Assembly: GCF_000010625.1 (NCBI RefSeq)
Contig: NC_010296.1
Coordinates: 1,590,001-1,622,000 of the forward strand
DNA: 32,000 nt
From: Microcystis aeruginosa NIES-843
Lineage (GTDB): Bacteria; Cyanobacteriota; Cyanobacteriia; Cyanobacteriales; Microcystaceae
Direction of reading: 5' to 3'
Position numbers and translations under genes: made by a program. The notes under the pieces are model-generated. The model was not told the DNA's origin and searched no databases. It saw only the letters and a list, made by a program, of their open reading frames with translations. Positions 27,038-32,000 of the stretch are shown piece after piece (the first letter of the stretch is position 1; each line of letters opens with the position of its first letter).

Positions 27038-27625
27038 ATGTCGTTAATGGTAATAAGTCAACAGATTTACACTTTTATTGAACCCATAGTTAGAGTAATT
27101 TTTCTTCGCCTAAATGTAGCTTTTTCGGTGATTCCATCTTTGGCTGACTGTGGGCTATCCCTCCTACTCTTATTATTATTTACTTTAATTGTCTTACCTC
27201 TAGGATTTAGGTTTAACTTTATTAAATTTGAAATACTAACCCTGTCATGGCCAAAACTAACCCGATTGCTTGTATTTCTCTTTTTCATGCCTGCAATGGG
27301 AGAGGAAATCATTTTCCGAGTTTTACTCTTGCCCAATGTTAATTTAGAAAACCCTTCGCTTATCTCCATGTTTGTGTGGGGAAGTATTAGCTTAATTGCT
27401 TATATTGTTTATCATCCTTTGAACGCTTTAACTTTTTATCGAGCAGGTTTTCCAACTTTTTTTAACCCAATTTTTCTGTTTTCAATGACACTACTAGGCG
27501 TAATCTGTACAATTTCCTATTTTAAATCTGGTTCACTTTGGCTCTCGGCAATAATTCATTGGCTCGTTGTGGTCGGATGGCTAATTTTTTTTGATGGATA
27601 CAGGATGTTATCTAAAGCAAATTAG
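27038..27625 (+). CDS. CPBP-family intramembrane glutamic endopeptidase (CAAX/Abi-like)
   Basis: Polytopic membrane protein with EEIIFR (motif 1), YIVYH (motif 2) and IIHW (motif 3). Confidence 0.75.
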   Translation: MSLMVISQQIYTFIEPIVRVIFLRLNVAFSVIPSLADCGLSLLLLLLFTLIVLPLGFRFNFIKFEILTLSWPKLTRLLVFLFFMPAMGEEIIFRVLLLPNVNLENPSLISMFVWGSISLIAYIVYHPLNALTFYRAGFPTFFNPIFLFSMTLLGVICTISYFKSGSLWLSAIIHWLVVVGWLIFFDGYRMLSKAN

Positions 27626-27644
27626 AGATCAAATTTGTCTTGTT

Positions 27645-27940
27645 TTAGTTGATAGTACCAGTGAGAATCAAGACGAAAGGGTCAATTTCGTTGGGAGTAT
27701 GCCAAGTTTGACGGGGTAAATCGAATAAAGCCCGCTGTTGCAGCTGTTTCTGCTCCCTAGTAGATTGCTGGTACTCGAAAATGCGCTGCTTCCAAAGGAC
27801 AAGGTTCTCTTTGTCCACGACTAGCTTTTCTTGTTGACGAGGGAGCTTGCGGTCGCAACGCGCTCGCTACGCGAGATCGCTCTCTTTAAACAGATTGAGT
27901 TGTTTCATCAATTCTTCCCATTGTTCCGTTAACCAGTATC
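27645..27940 (-). pseudogene. Remnant ORF interrupted by an in-frame TAG, family not identified
   Basis: The minus strand reads TEQWEELMKQLNLFKESDLA*RARCDRKLPRQQEKLVVDKENLVLWKQRIFEYQQSTREQKQLQQRALFDLPRQTWHTPNEIDPFVL. It looks like coding sequence but is broken and truncated. Confidence 0.25.
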
Positions 27941-28281
27941 TAGTAACCAGTTAAGGATTTTGGGCATCTTTAGATTTATTGGGCTTTTTCCCGATTTTTA
28001 GCCAGTAACGGAACGGCGGAAATTCTCTTAATCCCCCCTACAGCGTAGGGTTGATTCATTTAAATTAAGTACAGCGGATTTTGAGTCAATAAATTTGAAT
28101 GAAAATTCTCAAGTTTATCTTTTTCTAATCAAAAAAGTTAGTGACAATAACTAATCTTTAATCCTCTGCCAATATTGATTATGAATAAATTGATAAAGCT
28201 TGTTTCCAAGCCACTAAAAGCCTATCTCTCTTCAAATTTTCTGAGAGTACATCCTGTTAATTTAGCTAATTTTTCTGCTTC

Positions 28282-29403
28282 TTACGTCGATAAAACTATC
28301 AGTTTTTCCCCACGTTCAGCTAACCACCTCTGTCCCTCTGTTATTGAGAGAAAACCCAAACCTCTGAAAAGATTCAATCCTATAGTTGTGAGAATTGACC
28401 AATTGCTGGCCGCTTGAAAATCACTTATCTCGCTTTTATCTTCCTCAAAAATTACATCTTTTACCCAATGTAACTGATTTTCTATTTTCCAATGTCCTCG
28501 AATAATTTTAGCAAATACTTGGGCGGATTCGGTTAGGCTACTGATATAGTAAGCTGTTTCTTCATAAGTTTTATCCCCGCGACTACCCCTTCTTTCTACT
28601 TTAATAATTCGGCGCAGATTTTCAAACCCTTGTCTTTCATTTTTCCTCACTTTAAAAACTTCTATTTTTCTTGATATTTTTCGTCCATGACTATTGTCTT
28701 GTTCAAGAAAACAACTTTCTGGCTTTGAGGAATTACTCAGGTCTTGTATTCGCTTATAAAGATTTTTCTGATTTCCTTTAACGGTGATAACATAGTCATT
28801 TTTACTCTTGGCTATTAAGCTGATTGTTTTTTTCTGACAGTGTAAAGCATCCCCAGTAAAAACTTTATTTTGGAGAGAGCAATCCTGAATTATAGCTTGA
28901 TCTTCGTCGATTTCAGACCCTTTTTTGTTTTCGATTCTTTTTAAGTGTAATACTCATCCACTTTCTTGACTAAACAATGAGACAAACATAATAAAATTTT
29001 GTTGTTCATTGTTAGGATTCTTTAGGGTGTTTTTGAGACTTTTTCCATCTATGCCTAGCCAATTTATATCACTTCTTTGTCCATATTCTTGTAATGCCCA
29101 TTCATTAAACATTTTTAACAAACTCTGCCATTCAACTCCCATCATTACCCTTCTAATTGTTGAATAGGATGGGACTCTTTCTGGAATTATGTTAAATTCT
29201 TGACTGAGCCTGTGCCGATTATTTTTAGCGAACTCTCCCAGTTCTCTATAACCTGAGTATCCTAGCATTGTTACCAGTATTATTACTATTAATACTATCC
29301 ATAAAGGGTGTCTTTTTCCTTGATCTTTCCGAAAGTCCTTGACTTGTTTTAGTTTTTCTATTAAGCTCAACATATATTTAAAAAGTTGGCGGTCACTCCT
29401 CAT
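28282..29403 (-). pseudogene. ISAs1-family (H-repeat) transposase with a single in-frame TGA (28954-28956)
   Basis: I translated 29403 to 28282 continuously: 373 codons with one stop (...FSQESG*VLHLKRIENKKGSEI...). GIDGK, TGDALHCQ and HWKIENQLHW motifs are present. Confidence 0.85.
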
Positions 29404-29475
29404 TTTACCTGACTGTGATCGCTTTTACTTTTGATATTCTGATGGGAGAATGAAACAGCCCTACCCTCCACAGAC

Positions 29476-29675
29476 TTGCTAAGAAAGCCAGAAAAAGCCA
29501 AAGAAGGCGAAAAGAAAGAGGGACGCAGCCCAGGAGGGCAAAAAGGGCATGAGGGAAAAACCCGCAAAGGATTTGGACGAATAGACCGCACTGAGAGCGT
29601 CAAAGCCGAAAAGTGCCCCCATTGTGGCAGCATCCATCTCGCCCCGGGTGAACGCCGACAACGCACTTTGATAGT
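29476..29675 (+). pseudogene. IS66-family transposase N-terminal fragment
   Basis: SPGGQKGHEGKTRKGFGRIDRTESVKAEKCPHCGS matches the conserved GGQxGHxG...CxxCG region. It is cut at 29676 by the IS5-family element and abuts the ISAs1 gene upstream. Confidence 0.5.
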
Positions 29676-30597
29676 AGATCTCTTGCATAAGTCTAGACAA
29701 AATAGGATAAAATAGTCCAAGAGTTAAGATTGAAAGATGAATTACGAACAAGTAAAAACTTTAAAGCCAACAGAGTTCAAACGCTTGTGTGGCGTGTATC
29801 CAGATACATTTAAGGATATGGTAACAGTCCTAAAGGCAGAAAAAGTTTGGCAAAAAAAGACAGGTAGACCTAGCAAATTGAGTACGGAAGACCAACTACT
29901 AATAACATTAGAATATTGGCGAGAATATCGCACCTATTTTCATCTGGGAAATAGTTGGGGTATTAACGAATCAACGGCGTATAGAATTGTTAGGAAAGTA
30001 GAGAATATTCTCATCAAATCAGGTCTGTTTAATCTACCCAGAAAAAAAGCCCTATTAGAAAGTAATAGTGAAATAGAAGTAATAGTGGTGGATGTGTCAG
30101 AACAGGAGATAGAAAGACCCAAAAAAAAACAGAAATCATGCTATAGTGGCAAGCAGGGATACCACACATTAAAGTCGCAAGTCGTTGCCGATCAAAAAAG
30201 CGAGCAGGTAATCTGTGTCCGTTGTGAGAAAGGAAGAGTCCATGATTTTCGACTGTGGAAAGAGAGCAAAATAAGGTTAAATAAGGAAATAGAAATATTA
30301 GGGGATAAAGGCTATCAAGGAATTCAGAAAATCCATCAAAACAGTCAAATTCCTCATAAAAAAAGAAAAAAGAAAAACTAAGTAAAGAGCAAAAAAAAGC
30401 CAATCGTCAGTTATCACAACGGCGCATAGTTATAGAACATATTCATCTTCGTCTCAAAATATTTCGGATACTTTCATCAAGATACAGAAATCGCAGACGG
30501 CGATTTGGTCTGAGATTGAATTTGATTGCTGGTATCTACAATTACGAACTTCGTTACCGACAAAAGGATATATCTTGATTACTTTTGCAAGAGATCT
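29676..30597 (+). mobile_element. IS5-family insertion sequence (DDE_Tnp_4 type), 922 bp
   Basis: 17-bp inverted repeats AGATCTCTTGCATAAGT (29676-29692) and ACTTTTGCAAGAGATCT (30581-30597). Confidence 0.85.
29737..30578 (+). CDS. IS5-family transposase requiring a -1 frameshift (two overlapping frames)
   Basis: Frame 0 runs 29737-30381. The -1 frame is open from 30372 to the TGA at 30576-30578 and encodes ...QRRIVIEHIHLRLKIF... The total span is 842 nt (2 mod 3). The heptamer A_AAA_AAG lies at 30366-30372. Confidence 0.75.
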
Positions 30598-30710
30598 AAT
30601 GATTTCATGGTGAAAATCTTAGCCGCCAGTGCCGTTGACAGCGAGAGGAGGTAGATGTTAATCCTGTAGTTGATGAGGAGTTTTGGGAATTTAAGGAACT
30701 GAGTAGATAA

Positions 30711-30990
30711 CCCACATTCCGCACCCTCAACTGTCACATTGAAAATTTTATCTAAATCGTCAAAACGATTGCCGGCTCTGAATTACAGGCTAATTTGTTT
30801 GCCCAGCAGACGCACAATTAGCCCTAAAAATCTGATAGCTCTGATACCAAATTATTGAGATAAACTCTCATTAAGCTGGCGATCGCTGACTAGAGTGTGA
30901 CACTTCATAATTCTTAGTAATCGCTAAAAGTCTTACTATACAAGGGCTAGAGCAACTTTTGATTTCAACGACTAGGGTGCGGAATGTGGG
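30711..30990. mobile_element. 280-bp MITE with perfect 17-bp TIRs and a 6-bp TSD
   Basis: CCCACATTCCGCACCCT (30711-30727) and AGGGTGCGGAATGTGGG (30974-30990), flanked on both sides by AGATAA. Confidence 0.75.
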
Positions 30991-31122
30991 AGATAAGGTC
31001 AGTTGGGGGTTTGTTAGGCCATAATGACTGGCAAAACCAGAGATTCCGGAGCCTTGTGCAGGTCAAAGCCTGAGTTGCCCATCGAATTTTAGACCTAACT
31101 CCTCGGAATTTGAGAACTCTAT

Positions 31123-31259
31123 AGACCTCTTGCATAAATCCGAAAACAAACGATAGAAACAATAATGGGAAGGACTTTCAGTTAATTATTTATTAGTAGT
31201 TGATAATCTTCAAAAATGTTGCTGTACAAGGATCGACTTAAGACTTTTGCAAGAGGTCT
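31123..31259. mobile_element. 137-bp MITE related to the IS5-family element
   Basis: Termini AGACCTCTTGCATAAAT and ACTTTTGCAAGAGGTCT differ from the IS termini (AGATCTCTTGCATAAGT) at 2 positions. Confidence 0.65.
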
Positions 31260-31534
31260 TATCAATATGCGATTACCCTGATGGAAAAATAAATTAACAG
31301 AACTTTTGAAAGCGATCGCACCTTGACTCTAAGAGTGCTTGAAAAGCAAAATCCAAACAACTATTAGAAATTGCTACTCTAGGAGTAGAAAAAGCGATAG
31401 AAACCGATGAAGAAACGGCAACCGCTTGGATAAACCAACAACTAGAAAGCTTGAGAGTCAAACTAATCTGATCAAGACAAAAATAGAACTACCCTGGATT
31501 TTTACCAGAGGTCTATTTTTAACGGGGGAGGATG

Positions 31535-31744
31535 TCAACCCTCACTCCCAGATTCAACAGTATGGCCGACTTCGCTGATCCATTGGGCAATTTCTGCGGG
31601 GGATGCGGTGGTTTCTACCGTGACGATTTTATTGGCTACATCCACCGATATTTGGGCCGCCGGTTGCTGATTGTTAATCGCTTTAGTAATGGTATTAGCG
31701 CAACCTTCACAGGCAATACTAGGCACTTTTAGGGTAATTGTCAT
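31535..31744 (-). CDS. Heavy-metal-associated (HMA) domain copper chaperone
   Basis: 69 aa, MTITLKVPSIACEGCANTITKAI, with a CxxC metal-binding motif in a ferredoxin-like HMA pattern. Confidence 0.8.
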   Translation of the reverse strand: MTITLKVPSIACEGCANTITKAINNQQPAAQISVDVANKIVTVETTASPAEIAQWISEVGHTVESGSEG

Positions 31745-31775
31745 TGTTGTAACTCCAGTAACTTATAAGTAGTCT

Positions 31776-31849
31776 TGCAAAATTAATTTCTTGGTTAGGA
31801 TAGGCAATAGGCAATAGGCAAGAAGTAGTTAAATCTGTGTGATTAATTG
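31776..31849. repeat. Second copy (inverted) of the small palindromic heptamer-array element
   Basis: GCAAAATTAATTTC...(GGCAATA)x3...GATTAATTGC. The reverse complement aligns with 15607-15689. Confidence 0.55.
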
Positions 31850-31916
31850 CGTTCAGTAAATTATAGCTAAAAACTAGCATAAATTGTCAGAGGTAGCTGA
31901 TTTTTTAAGAGTTTAT

Positions 31917-32000
31917 TTACCATTTCAGCACTGCCGCTTCGATCCCCTGTTCCCGACGCAGTTGACTATCTTTTTCTAGCCATTGGATTACCTGTTTATG
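31917..32000 (-). CDS. 3' end of an unidentified gene continuing beyond the window
   Basis: The minus frame is open to the window edge: ...HKQVIQWLEKDSQLRREQGIEAAVLKW* with the stop at 31917-31919. It is too short to assign. Confidence 0.3.
   Translation of the reverse strand, partial: HKQVIQWLEKDSQLRREQGIEAAVLKW

Noticed and set aside
28175-28417. 80-aa plus-strand ORF
   Set aside because: It is antisense to the 3' end of the ISAs1 transposase gene.
29400-29751. Minus-strand ORFs 29400-29720 and 29479-29751
   Set aside because: They are antisense to the IS66-type fragment, which has the clear GGQxGHxG...CxxCG signature on the plus strand, and they cross the IS5-family terminus.
30029-30403. 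124-aa minus-strand ORF and neighbouring short minus-strand ORFs (29742-29933, 29940-30122)
   Set aside because: They are antisense to the IS5-family transposase gene.
31380-31470. Open frame KAKSKQLLEIATLGVEKAIETDEETATAWINQQLESLRVKLI*
   Set aside because: It has no start codon and is preceded by an in-frame TGA. It is at best a C-terminal gene scrap and not assignable.
31532-31732. 66-aa plus-strand ORF
   Set aside because: It is antisense to the HMA copper chaperone gene, which has the diagnostic CxxC motif.

Overview
This is a cyanobacterial chromosomal segment, judged from psbD and the many HIP1 GCGATCGC palindromes. The IS/MITE load looks Microcystis-like, but that is inference only. 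Ordinary genes are a DUF39 homocysteine-synthesis fragment, amt, a pentapeptide-repeat protein, lipB, a flotillin+NfeD pair, a VOC protein, a GT4 glycosyltransferase, trpB, a GH57 glycosidase, monocistronic psbD, a CPBP protease and an HMA copper chaperone. They are interleaved with an unusually heavy mobile-DNA load. (1) An intact tnpB-only IS200/IS605-family element with end hairpins, plus a 176-bp deletion derivative that keeps both ends. (2) A ~785-nt ORF-less group II intron nested in a MITE, with candidate EBS loops matching its flanks; an unoccupied copy of the same MITE lies in the window. (3) IS701-like and ISAs1 transposase genes, each interrupted by a single in-frame TGA. (4) An ISL3 element and a 187-bp ISL3-type MITE that split a yoeB toxin gene; it has an 8-bp TSD and the gene reconstructs exactly. 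(5) An IS5-family element with an A_AAA_AAG -1 frameshift site, inserted into an IS66 fragment next to further MITEs. The 15.9-21.0 kb stretch is a cassette island. It holds higBA, a yefM-like/yoeB pair, DUF4160/DUF2442, hicAB, a membrane ricin-type lectin with a perfect 78-bp internal duplication, and a frameshifted AT-rich EcoRI-methylase-family gene. I recognised no CRISPR array, rRNA or tRNA.
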